64,000 nt of DNA from Thermoplasmata archaeon (GTDB lineage Archaea; Thermoplasmatota; Thermoplasmata; Lutacidiplasmatales; UBA184): positions 90,330 through 154,329 of the forward strand of contig JAKIWO010000001.1 in the NCBI GenBank assembly GCA_022749995.1, written 5' to 3'. Shown here piece after piece: positions 42,064 to 50,351 of the stretch (positions are counted from its first letter, which is position 1; the number at the start of each line of letters is the position of its first letter). Under the pieces are notes generated by a model. It was not told where the DNA came from and searched no databases. It saw nothing but the letters and a program-made list of their open reading frames with translations. The position numbers and the translations under genes are program-made.

Positions 42064-44816
42064 GGCGGCTCTCCGCCTTCGGCGAGCGCGCGGTCGAGCT
42101 CGGCCGCATCGAGTTCCACGCGGGGCAGGGCCGAATCGCCGGTCACCGTCGCACGATAGAGCGTCGTGCCTCCCGGACCCTCGGCGGCGAGGATCGCGCC
42201 CTCGGCCACGAGCGAAGCCAGCCATTCGGCCAGCTCCTCCCGTTCGGGCACCGGTTCCGGCCAGCCGGTGCGCAACTTCTCCAGACTCGTCGGCCCGGCA
42301 ACGGTCAGCTGCTCGAGGATCCGGTCCCTCCCCAGCGCGGTGCGACGCAACTCGGCCTCCGTGACCGCAGAGGCTGGTCCGCCCGGCGGTGGGGTCGTAC
42401 GGCCGCGGCGCACCCACAGTACGCCTCCCCCGAGCGCGATCAGGCCGGCGAGTCCGCCGAGGGCGATGGACACGATCGGCACCTCCCCGACCGGCGCCGC
42501 CGGGACCTCGATCGGGCCGAGCACCAGCTGGCCCGTGCTGCTCCAGACCCGCACCGTCCCCGAACCCGGGACCGGTGCCGAGAAGTTCACCCACGCGAGC
42601 GAACCGTTCGCGGTCGACTCGACCGGCGCCGACAGGTTGGACTCGGTAGCCCCGAACCGGCTCTCGACCCAGAGGGAGCCGGCGCCGCCCGGATTGCCGT
42701 ACTGGTCGGCGAGGCGATACTCGGTGGCGTTGGTGCGGTCGCCGGAGACTACGGTGTGCGCGCCCGTGAGCGCGAGCGAGTACGGGTCGGCGCCGAGCAC
42801 GAGCGCCAGGCCCTCGCCCGTACCCGCCTCGAGCGGGAGGCCGGCGGTCAACGAGACCGTGTACGCTCCGGCGCGCACTCCCTCCAGGCTCAGATTGAGG
42901 TAGCCCGAGTACCACGCGCTCGCGGGGACGGCAAATGCGCCGCCGACCGGCCGAAGGCTGCCGACGATCGCCGAGTCGAGGCTCACGGGTGCCCCCGTCG
43001 GCCCGCTCACCGCGAGCGTGAGTGCGCGGGCAAAGTCGGTCACCCGTTCGCCGTCGGGTGCGTGGGCCACGAACGAGTACGGTACCGGAACACCGGCATA
43101 GCCGGTGCTCGGGAATGGGCCGGCGCCCGAGGCGAGACCAATGGCGGGACCCGCCGTGACGTACAGTTCGATCTCGCTCGCGACCCGGCTGCCGAGCGCG
43201 TCAAGGCAAGTGAGCGTCACCGTGAGTGACCCGGCACCGGCCGGAAGGAAGCTCGCCTCGAGCACGCCCGAGGGGGGCACGAGGCCGCTCGCGAAGGTGC
43301 CGCCGGGCGCGCTCGCGTTCCACCAGTACTGGACCGGAGCCACGCCGCCCAGGAGCTGGCCGCCGAACACGCTCCAGCTCCCCTCGGTCGGGGGACCCCC
43401 GGCGATCGAGATCGAGGGCAGGGTGGGCCGCTCGGCGACCGTGACGATCCCGTCGGCGGAGCCAGAGCGGTTCGCCGCGTCGGCGACACTGGTCTGGAGC
43501 GAGTAGTTGCCAACCATCGGATACGGGAGCGCGAAGGACCAACTGGGCCCGGGCGCATCCGAACAGATCCGCTGCCCCCGCCCGGGCTCGACGCAGGCCG
43601 GGCCGAACGGGGCCGTACCGGTCCCGTTCGCTACGCTCACGGTGAACGGCAGCGGTAGGTCGGTGTAGGTCGCGAGCGGCCGCGGGGCGAGGGCGAGCGC
43701 CAGCGCCGGGTTCACCCGCTCGCTCGGGAGCGACCGGGTCGCATTCGAGTAGCCGTTGCTCACGGTGACGGTGGGGTTGGCGGTCCCGGTGCTGGAATAC
43801 GTCCAACTCGCCGTGCAATGGATCGCCACCTCCTCCTCCGGAGCCCCTACGGCGGTGCAACTCGTGTTCACCGACGCCACGCCGAGCGTCGGTTGAACGC
43901 TCGCCCAGTACGCGTATCCCGGCGCCCCGGCACCGGTCACCGAGAGCGTGACTGGCGCGCCGACGTCGGCCGGCGACGGCAGCAGGACCGCCGAACCGAC
44001 ATTGGTGCTGACGGCCAGGAGCGCCACGTGGAGCGCGCTCGAGAACGGGACTCCCCCGAAGGAGCCGTTGACGTCCACGCCGAGCAACGCCGGACCGGCC
44101 CCTTCCATCGCGGTCGCGGTCACGGTGCGGTTGGAGGCGGTGGGGGAGAGGCTCCATCCGGCCGTCGCGAGCTGCCAGGCGAAGGCGAACAGGACGGGCG
44201 AGGGGGCGCCGTCGGCGGCCAGCGGTTCGGCGGTGAACTCCCCCGGTGCGGCGACGCTGAGCAGCACCGGGCCCGGTGGGTTCACCGTCAGTGTGGTGAA
44301 CGCCTCGGCCACGGCGACACTGGCCCGGCCGCCGCTGACGTTCCCGTGGACGAAGTACCCGGCCGGTGGCGGGCTACTGAATCCGAACCGGATCGCACCG
44401 AACGGGCCGGCGTAGCTGGTGCAGCCGTGCAGGTCGCATCCGCCCGAAGGGAGCGCCACCGCGATCGCGAACGCTCCGGAGCCGTTGGTGCTCGCAGCGG
44501 AGTCGGCCGGCACGCAGCTCACCTGGCGGTTCCCCCCGCCGGAGGGTTGGTAGTCGCTCTCGACCGAGTAGTAGTACACTACCCCGACCCCAGCGACGGT
44601 CGGTACCGGGCTCAGAGTCCCGAACTCGGTGAGCGTCCCCGGGAAGCGGCTCGCGTCGGAGACGCCGCACGGCGAGGCGTGAGGCTGTGGGCCGAGCAGG
44701 ACGGCGGGCACGGCCCCCGCGTCGGATGGGCGACCGGTGGTGGCCGGTGCCAGCGCACCGCTAAGGCATAGGCTGGCGCCCAAGAGGACGAGCGTGAGCG
44801 CCCGGCTCGGTCCCAT
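42060..44816 (-). CDS. Large surface (glyco)protein with a signal peptide, Ig-like repeats, a C-terminal TM anchor and a roughly 115-aa cytoplasmic wHTH-like tail
   Basis: Signal peptide MGPSRALTLVLLGASLCLSGALA. It has many N-x-S/T sites, the TM segment IVSIALGGLAGLIALGGGVLWV, and a tail RILEQLTVAGPTSLEKL...LVAEGAILAAEGPGGTTLYRAT. Confidence 0.7.
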   Translation of the reverse strand: MGPSRALTLVLLGASLCLSGALAPATTGRPSDAGAVPAVLLGPQPHASPCGVSDASRFPGTLTEFGTLSPVPTVAGVGVVYYYSVESDYQPSGGGNRQVSCVPADSAASTNGSGAFAIAVALPSGGCDLHGCTSYAGPFGAIRFGFSSPPPAGYFVHGNVSGGRASVAVAEAFTTLTVNPPGPVLLSVAAPGEFTAEPLAADGAPSPVLFAFAWQLATAGWSLSPTASNRTVTATAMEGAGPALLGVDVNGSFGGVPFSSALHVALLAVSTNVGSAVLLPSPADVGAPVTLSVTGAGAPGYAYWASVQPTLGVASVNTSCTAVGAPEEEVAIHCTASWTYSSTGTANPTVTVSNGYSNATRSLPSERVNPALALALAPRPLATYTDLPLPFTVSVANGTGTAPFGPACVEPGRGQRICSDAPGPSWSFALPYPMVGNYSLQTSVADAANRSGSADGIVTVAERPTLPSISIAGGPPTEGSWSVFGGQLLGGVAPVQYWWNASAPGGTFASGLVPPSGVLEASFLPAGAGSLTVTLTCLDALGSRVASEIELYVTAGPAIGLASGAGPFPSTGYAGVPVPYSFVAHAPDGERVTDFARALTLAVSGPTGAPVSLDSAIVGSLRPVGGAFAVPASAWYSGYLNLSLEGVRAGAYTVSLTAGLPLEAGTGEGLALVLGADPYSLALTGAHTVVSGDRTNATEYRLADQYGNPGGAGSLWVESRFGATESNLSAPVESTANGSLAWVNFSAPVPGSGTVRVWSSTGQLVLGPIEVPAAPVGEVPIVSIALGGLAGLIALGGGVLWVRRGRTTPPPGGPASAVTEAELRRTALGRDRILEQLTVAGPTSLEKLRTGWPEPVPEREELAEWLASLVAEGAILAAEGPGGTTLYRATVTGDSALPRVELDAAELDRALAEGGEPP

Positions 44817-44874
44817 GCGGCCACCCCGCGCCGGGCCGAGGCCCCGCGCGTGGGCACAGCGGAGCCCCGGGTCA

Positions 44875-45420
44875 TTAAGGAACGGGTGGCGTTGGGAGCT
44901 GCCCGCCCGGTCCCGTGAGGGGAACCGAATGCAGCCGTTCGTGGATTGGCCCGGTCGACGTGAGACGGCTCGAGTGCAGGTCGATCCGGTCGATCGGGAC
45001 GGAGCCGAACGAGCTCGCCGAAAGCTGTCGGAGCGCAGCCAGTGCCTGCTCCCGAGTCGTCCCGGATCGCACACGGAGCAGCGTCAGGTGGGGCGTGAAT
45101 CGGCGGGGCTCTGGGGGGAACCCCCGCCGGCCGAGAGCGTCCAGGAGCGAACTCTCGAGCGCCCGGAGAGGCAGTTCACCGACCCCCACTCCCGCCCAGA
45201 GCACGCGGGGCCGCGCCGCCGACGGGAACGCCCCCAGCCCTCGGATCTCGAGATCGAAGCGCGCGTTCGCCCCGCCGGTCTCGTCCATCGCCTCCCGCAC
45301 GCGGGGCAGATCTGGATCGGAGAGCTCCGCCCAGAATCGAACGGTCAGGTGCAACTCCGGCGGTGCCGGCAGCCCGACGAGCCGCTCGAGGTCTATCGGG
45401 ACGGAAAGGAACGCCCGCAT
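44875..45420 (-). CDS. thpR: RNA 2',3'-cyclic phosphodiesterase (2H phosphoesterase, LigT/ThpR family)
   Basis: Two H-x-T/S motifs: HLTVRF and HLTLLR. The length is 181 aa. Confidence 0.85.
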   Translation of the reverse strand: MRAFLSVPIDLERLVGLPAPPELHLTVRFWAELSDPDLPRVREAMDETGGANARFDLEIRGLGAFPSAARPRVLWAGVGVGELPLRALESSLLDALGRRGFPPEPRRFTPHLTLLRVRSGTTREQALAALRQLSASSFGSVPIDRIDLHSSRLTSTGPIHERLHSVPLTGPGGQLPTPPVP

Positions 45421-45443
45421 CGTGGGGGGAGAGCCCCCCCGCC

Positions 45444-47963
45444 CTAAGCCCCGCCGGTGGCCGCCGAGGGAAGCGTCCAGACCATCGTCTCCGAGCGCGT
45501 GGCGCCAGCTGCTGCGAGCGCGGCCCGGACGCGTCGCGCCCGCCGCGCGTCCGGGACCAGGAACAGGACGAACGCCCCCTCCCGCCGGGCCTTCGCGAGC
45601 CCGTGGCGGATCCGTTCCGGTCGGAGCGCACCGGAGACTTCCGCCTCCACGAACAGGTCCTTGCCGTGGAACAGCTTCCAGGCCCATCCGCTGCGGGCCG
45701 TATCGAGCGCCGCGGCGAGGTCCTGCGGTCGGCCGGTCGCGGAGTGGCCGAGCTGACGCCACCGGCCGTCCGGCATCTGCCGGTCGAAGCCGCCCTGTCG
45801 GGGCAGCTCGAGCAGGTAGCCGCGACGGGCGAGTATCCGGGCCGCACCCAGCAACAGCGCCCGGTGCGCCGCACTCTCGCGCACCGCCCCCGTCCAGGTG
45901 AGTGCCTCCGCGGCCCGCTCCCCCTCCCGCGTGAGCTCCGGCCCGTGGGTACCCTCGTTCGCCCACCCGCGCCGGCGGAGCTCTCCCGTGGCGGAGCCCC
46001 CGCCGGGGGTAGGCAGGCGCAGGAGCGCGAGGCGCACCTCCTCCTCGGGTGGTTCTCCCTCGGCCGGCTCCACGTCGAACTCGTCGCCGCTGCGTCGCTC
46101 GAGCTCCGACCACGCGGACGGATCGGCCGGTAGCGGCGGAGCGACCGAGCGCAGCCGCCGCGGAGCCCGCGGGCCCACCACGGCTTCCACGCAGCTCCCC
46201 GGAGGGAGCGACGGGAGCAGGGTCTCGGCCAGTGCCCCGTCGAGGCCGGCCCACCGGCCCGTCTCCCGTGCGACGGCGCGGGGAAGCCGGAACAGGAGGT
46301 GCCGGTTCGCCGCTCCGGCGGCCGCGGCGCGGGCTTGCGGGTCGAGCCGGTCGGGGTACTGGCTGGCGGCCACCACCCCGAGCCCGAACTTCCGCCCTTC
46401 GCCGAGCATGTCCGCGAGCAGGTGGGGAGAGAGCCGGTGGGCCTCGTCCAGGACGAGCAGCACCGGTGGGCGAGGGGGAGCACCGGGGGGCGACGGGCGG
46501 GTCAGTTCGAGGAACACGCGGGTCAGGAGCAGCGTGGCGAGCAGCTCGGCGCCCTCCGGGCCGATCTCGCCGATCGGCAGCCGGAGGATCAGGCTGCGCC
46601 CGGCGGCGAACAGCGCGAGCGGCTCGATCCCCGGTCCGCGCGGTGCCACGCAGGCCAGGAGCCGGGGGGAGAGCAGCAGCCGTCCGAGTCGCGCCGTGGC
46701 GGGCCACAGGAATTCCGGGTTCCGCCGGAGCAGCCCGGGCAGCTCCTCGAGGAATGCCGCGAGCGTGGGAGAACGGGTGCCGAGACGCGCCAGCTCGCGG
46801 CGGTGGGGGTCGGTGAGCAGCCCGCCCAGCGCGCGGAGGTCCCCGCCCGACTCCTGGGTCAGCGCGAGGAAGCAGTCGAGCACCCGGTCGATCCGGAACC
46901 CCCAGTACACTTCCCCGTCGCGCGCGCCGAGGCGTCGGAACGCCGCTAGCAGCTGCGCCCGCTCGAGTTCGGCGGCCGGGCCGCTGCCGCCGCGCAGCAG
47001 CGCGAGGCCGGGGCTGCCGAAGGGAGACGTCGGGTCGATCGCGACCATCCGTCGGCGTTCCGCCTCCGTGAGACCGGCGAGCAGCTCCGGTCCGAGCGAG
47101 CCGTGGACATCGAGCACCACGCTGGGCCGGCCCGCCCGCACCCTTTCCCGCGCGATCTCGGCGAGGAACGCGCTCTTGCCGGAACCCGAGGCGCCGAAGC
47201 AGATCGTGTGCCGCAGCTCGGCGCTCCCCTCCGCCGGCCCCGGCACTCCGGCCGCGAGGAGCCGCCCGACGAGATCCGACCGCACGGTGAATGGCCGGGC
47301 CGAGCGGAACCGGCGGACCGCACCGCTCTCCCATTCCCGGCGAGTCCGGCCCCCGGGCCGGATCGAGCGCAGCTCGGCGACCGGCAGCCCCTGCAGCGAG
47401 CCGCGCGCGCCGAGCTCCGGCGCGATCCGCTCCACCGCGGAGGCCGAACCCGGTGGGCCCGCACCGCGCAGCCGCATCCAGAGCTCGACGGTTCCCCGGC
47501 CATCGGGCCGCAGGTGCGTCTGCAACCCGAACCAGAGCCCGGCGGCCCCGGCCCGGGGCTCGGCGAGCGGCACCGCGACAGGACCTAGCCGCTCCTCGGC
47601 CGTGGCCGGTTCGATGGCCCGCTCCGGTCGCCCGACCGGCTCGACCGGCGCCACCGGTTCGACGACGGCGAACTCCTCGCAGCCCATCACGCGGTCCGGG
47701 AAGTGGGCCGGGCCCGTAGCCACCGGCGCAACGTCCACGCCGCATTCGGAGAATCGCGCAGCGAGCAGCTCGAGCAGTCCGGCTCGGCCCGTCAGGCGCA
47801 GCTCCCAGCCGGGCGGGCCCTGACGTTCCTCGGCCAGCAGTGCGCTCTCCCGCGGCAGGCGGGCGAGCTCGAGCGTCGCCCGGGCGAGCGCCTCGCCGAC
47901 CCGCTCGGGGGGATTGGAGGGAGCCACGGAAAGCGCGGCGAACGACGGGCTACGGAGCGGCAC
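45444..47963 (-). CDS. HerA/DUF87-type P-loop ATPase with a C-terminal PD-(D/E)xK-like domain
   Basis: Walker A FGASGSGKS, LDVHGS (compare HerA D.HGEY), Walker B LLVLDEAHRL, and GRKFGLGVVAASQYPDRL. The C-terminal roughly 170 aa contain ESAAHRALL...MPDGRW...DLFVEAEVSG. The start is a GTG. Confidence 0.75.
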   Translation of the reverse strand: MPLRSPSFAALSVAPSNPPERVGEALARATLELARLPRESALLAEERQGPPGWELRLTGRAGLLELLAARFSECGVDVAPVATGPAHFPDRVMGCEEFAVVEPVAPVEPVGRPERAIEPATAEERLGPVAVPLAEPRAGAAGLWFGLQTHLRPDGRGTVELWMRLRGAGPPGSASAVERIAPELGARGSLQGLPVAELRSIRPGGRTRREWESGAVRRFRSARPFTVRSDLVGRLLAAGVPGPAEGSAELRHTICFGASGSGKSAFLAEIARERVRAGRPSVVLDVHGSLGPELLAGLTEAERRRMVAIDPTSPFGSPGLALLRGGSGPAAELERAQLLAAFRRLGARDGEVYWGFRIDRVLDCFLALTQESGGDLRALGGLLTDPHRRELARLGTRSPTLAAFLEELPGLLRRNPEFLWPATARLGRLLLSPRLLACVAPRGPGIEPLALFAAGRSLILRLPIGEIGPEGAELLATLLLTRVFLELTRPSPPGAPPRPPVLLVLDEAHRLSPHLLADMLGEGRKFGLGVVAASQYPDRLDPQARAAAAGAANRHLLFRLPRAVARETGRWAGLDGALAETLLPSLPPGSCVEAVVGPRAPRRLRSVAPPLPADPSAWSELERRSGDEFDVEPAEGEPPEEEVRLALLRLPTPGGGSATGELRRRGWANEGTHGPELTREGERAAEALTWTGAVRESAAHRALLLGAARILARRGYLLELPRQGGFDRQMPDGRWRQLGHSATGRPQDLAAALDTARSGWAWKLFHGKDLFVEAEVSGALRPERIRHGLAKARREGAFVLFLVPDARRARRVRAALAAAGATRSETMVWTLPSAATGGA

Positions 47964-48333
47964 GACCCTCCTCCCGCCGCGCGAGGAGCTCGCGGATCTC
48001 GGACTCGAGGTGCGCGAGCCCGCTGCGCCGGGCGTAGGCGAGCAGCGTGGAGGTGCCCACGCAGCGGCGGACCGGCCGGTCCGCCTCCCACAACCGAAGG
48101 CAGAACAGGAGTCGGTGGTCGGGCAGTTCGTACAGCGTGGCCCATGGCGCGTGCCCGAGGGTGAGGGGGACGCGCACTCGTCCGAGCTGGCGCAGGCGCG
48201 CCGGCGCGGGGAGAGACACGGGGTGTTCGGGTCGGCGCGGAAACGGTTCCGAGACGGTGCGGGTGCTCCCGCCAGTGCTGCTCATCGACAGCTCCCGGCT
48301 CCCACCCCGCGGGTCCCCGGGGGAGGAGCCCAC
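47950..48333 (-). CDS. Hypothetical small protein overlapping the ATPase start by 14 nt
   Basis: The ORF has a GTG start at 48333 or an ATG at 48285. The core is PLTLGHAPWATLYELPDHRLLFCLRLWE ... LAHLESEIRELLARRE. No family was recognised. Confidence 0.4.
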   Translation of the reverse strand: MGSSPGDPRGGSRELSMSSTGGSTRTVSEPFPRRPEHPVSLPAPARLRQLGRVRVPLTLGHAPWATLYELPDHRLLFCLRLWEADRPVRRCVGTSTLLAYARRSGLAHLESEIRELLARREEGRAAP

Positions 48334-48850
48334 GAGTGGCGGTGGGGGCCCCTCCCCGTGCGTGGACCCCGCCCGGTACTCGTTGGGACCGGACGTCGCC
48401 CTCGGGGAGGACCGGTCGTTGGACCGGGAAGGGCTTGCCGGGCGGCAGGCCGGAACGGGAACGGGGCGGTCGAGCCGCTCCGCTATCCGCGCCGACGACC
48501 GGAGAGCATTCCCGTGCTCGTCCGGGCCGTCAGGGCAAGACGTTGGGATCCGCGCGGCGTTCGGGTCCTACGGAGGAGGACCGGAGCTGGCGCAGGAGCC
48601 TCGGCAGGTCGGGGTCGATCGTCCGCGAGGGGGGTTCGCGCGCGGGAGGGGGCGGGAATCCGGGCTCGGGGGAGTGGAGGATCGACCGGGGTTGTGTGAG
48701 AGCAGAACCTCCCGCACGGGGTCGACGGCGTCGGCCCGGGTGGAAGGTGAACGAAGGCGCGCCCACAGCCGGACCGGTTCCAGCTGGGAGGTGGTTCGAC
48801 CATCTGCCGGCCGGGCCCATCCCGGGCCCCGATGCTGGCCACCCGCACCT

Positions 48851-49362
48851 TCACACCGGGGCCTGGCGCAGAGTCATCGCCGAGCACTTTCCCTGATCCA
48901 GCATCCGGTGCGGATCGAGGAGCTGCTCCCCAGCGCGTACCGAGCGGCCTCGCCGGGTGGCTTCATGCGGCAGCCCGCGGGCGAGAACCCTAACCATTGC
49001 GAGGCGAACCGGTCGACTCGCCGGTGGGGAATCTCGTCCGTTCGACGTTCCGCACCGCAGGATCGTCCGGGGTACTCTCCAGACCCAGCCTACGGCCCGG
49101 ACCCGGAGCCGTTCCGTGCTCCCGGTCGTGCCCGTCATGACGACGTGGGCGTCGTTCCACCGGTTCGAGAGGTAGGCGACGTGGTGCCGGTGCAGGGGAA
49201 TCTCTCCCCCGACTCGAGCACCGGCTCCCAGCCCCCGACTCGGCGGTTTCGCACGAGCAATCTCTGGGGCAACGGGACGCCATGGAGGAACGGAGCCGAA
49301 AGTGGACCTCGCACGAGGTCGATGGAGTCCTCCATGCCGGCCATGATCGGTCGCGGAACCAA
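48851..49362 (-). pseudogene. Cupin-like gene interrupted by a -1 frameshift in a G5 run (about 49206-49210)
   Basis: Frame A reads MEDSIDLVRGPLSAPFLHGVPLPQRLLVRNRRVGGWEPVLESG. Frame B continues GEIPLHRHHVAYL...RLRVRAVGWVWRVP...N.G. Adding one G joins them, and G/C at third codon positions is high across the junction. Confidence 0.35.
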
Positions 49363-49430
49363 CGGACGGTAGACCGCAGCGTTGGGTCCCGCCGGTACGG
49401 CTAGGGACCCGTTTCACGGAGTCTCCCGGC

Positions 49431-49439
49431 GGTTTATCC
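49431..49439 (+). promoter_or_regulatory. TATA-like box GGTTTATCC
   Basis: It lies 54 nt upstream of the ATG at 49493. An 8-bp-stem hairpin (CTCAGCGG...CCGCTGAG, 49450-49485) lies between the box and the start. Confidence 0.3.
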
Positions 49440-49492
49440 CCCCGCGACACTCAGCGGGTTCTGCTACAGTACGTAACCGCTGAGATCTAACC

Positions 49493-49960
49493 ATGCCCGA
49501 GGTGTTTGTCGATCTGCCGCCGATCCCGGTGCTTCGCCTCCGGGCCGACTGGAACGGTGGAGGGCCGGCGGCGGCCATGGCGAACGTGGAATCCAAGCTA
49601 CCCACCCTCAAGGGGCGCAAGTTCTACGGAACGTTCCGGCCCACCCCGGAGGGCGAGGAGTACTTCGCCTGCGTGGCCCGCGTCGAGGGGGACGACGCGG
49701 CACAGCTGGGGCTGGAAGCTGGAGAGATCCCGGGAGGCTGGTACGCACGGCGAAAAATTCGAGATTGGGAACGGGACATCACCCAGCTGGCAGTCCAGTT
49801 CAAAGACATGGTCCGCGTCCTCGGGGACAACGTGGACCCGGACCGACCTGAGATCGAGTTCTACCGAAGTCAGGCCCAGATGCTGGTGTTCGTGCCCGTG
49901 CGGTCCCCGCCGCGCCCGACACCCCGCGATCCGCGAACGGCACCCCCAGGCCAGGCCTGA
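49493..49960 (+). CDS. GyrI-like small-molecule-binding domain protein
   Basis: R..W.G......A.......L.....K.YG.F......EY.ACV ... G.IPGG.YA....G follows the remembered GyrI-like/SOUL-type pattern. Confidence 0.65.
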   Translation: MPEVFVDLPPIPVLRLRADWNGGGPAAAMANVESKLPTLKGRKFYGTFRPTPEGEEYFACVARVEGDDAAQLGLEAGEIPGGWYARRKIRDWERDITQLAVQFKDMVRVLGDNVDPDRPEIEFYRSQAQMLVFVPVRSPPRPTPRDPRTAPPGQA

Positions 49961-50003
49961 CGCGTGCCCCCCCCGCTGGAATGGAAGCAGCTGTCTAGAC
50001 GGC

Positions 50004-50083
50004 CGGGGGTAGAAGGTCCCCGCTGCACGCAGGAGACGCGGTGCCGTCTCCCTATTGCGATCTGGGCGGGGACCTTCGGGGTG
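50004..50083 (+). repeat. 80-bp hairpin repeat, copy 1
   Basis: It is identical to 50249-50328 at 79 of 80 positions. It contains a perfect 12-bp stem GAAGGTCCCCGC (50012-50023) / GCGGGGACCTTC (50066-50077), with an inner 7-bp stem GGAGACG/CGTCTCC. Confidence 0.8.
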
Positions 50084-50248
50084 ATGAAGGAAAAGTCGAA
50101 CGCTCCTTAATGGGGCCCGTTTCGGATCGGATAGGTCCTCACCTGGACTGCCCTGGGCCGGCCGCTGCATCGGGAAGTTCGATGCCGGTACTCGCGAGCG
50201 TCTCCGCGGCCAAGGAGAGCAGGGCTTGCGCACTCCATTCGAAACACA

Positions 50249-50328
50249 CGGGGGTTGAAGGTCCCCGCTGCACGCAGGAGACGCGGTGCCGTCTCCCTAT
50301 TGCGATCTGGGCGGGGACCTTCGGGGTG
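50249..50328 (+). repeat. 80-bp hairpin repeat, copy 2
   Basis: Offset exactly 245 bp from copy 1. There is one mismatch (A50011 versus T50256). Confidence 0.8.
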
Positions 50329-50351
50329 GTGATGGGAAGATTCCCGGCCCG

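Noticed and set aside
40618-42915. 765-aa minus-strand ORF
   Set aside because: It is antisense to glyA and out of frame with the surface-protein gene. The sequence is Arg/Gly-rich junk.
45898-47823. 641-aa plus-strand ORF, together with the long N-terminal extension of minus-strand ORF 44875-47745
   Set aside because: Both are alternative frames over the HerA-like ATPase gene and are Ser/Arg/Pro/Gly-rich without motifs. Only the last 181 codons of 44875-47745 (thpR) are credible.
48883-48892. Minus-strand GGGAAAGUGC resembling the RNase P RNA P4 motif GGAAAGUCC
   Set aside because: No other RNase P RNA conserved regions (for example ACAGAA...GGCUUA) were found nearby. The site also lies inside the cupin-like coding frame.
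48047-49372. 441-aa plus-strand ORF spanning the ORF-poor spacer
   Set aside because: It has an Arg/Gly-rich composition and no motif. It runs antisense to the better-supported cupin-like frames and the small ORF at 47950-48333.
50004-50328. Possible miniature CRISPR array
   Set aside because: There are only two repeats, and each is 80 bp, far longer than CRISPR repeats. The spacer is 165 bp and no cas genes are adjacent. It is reported as a hairpin repeat instead.
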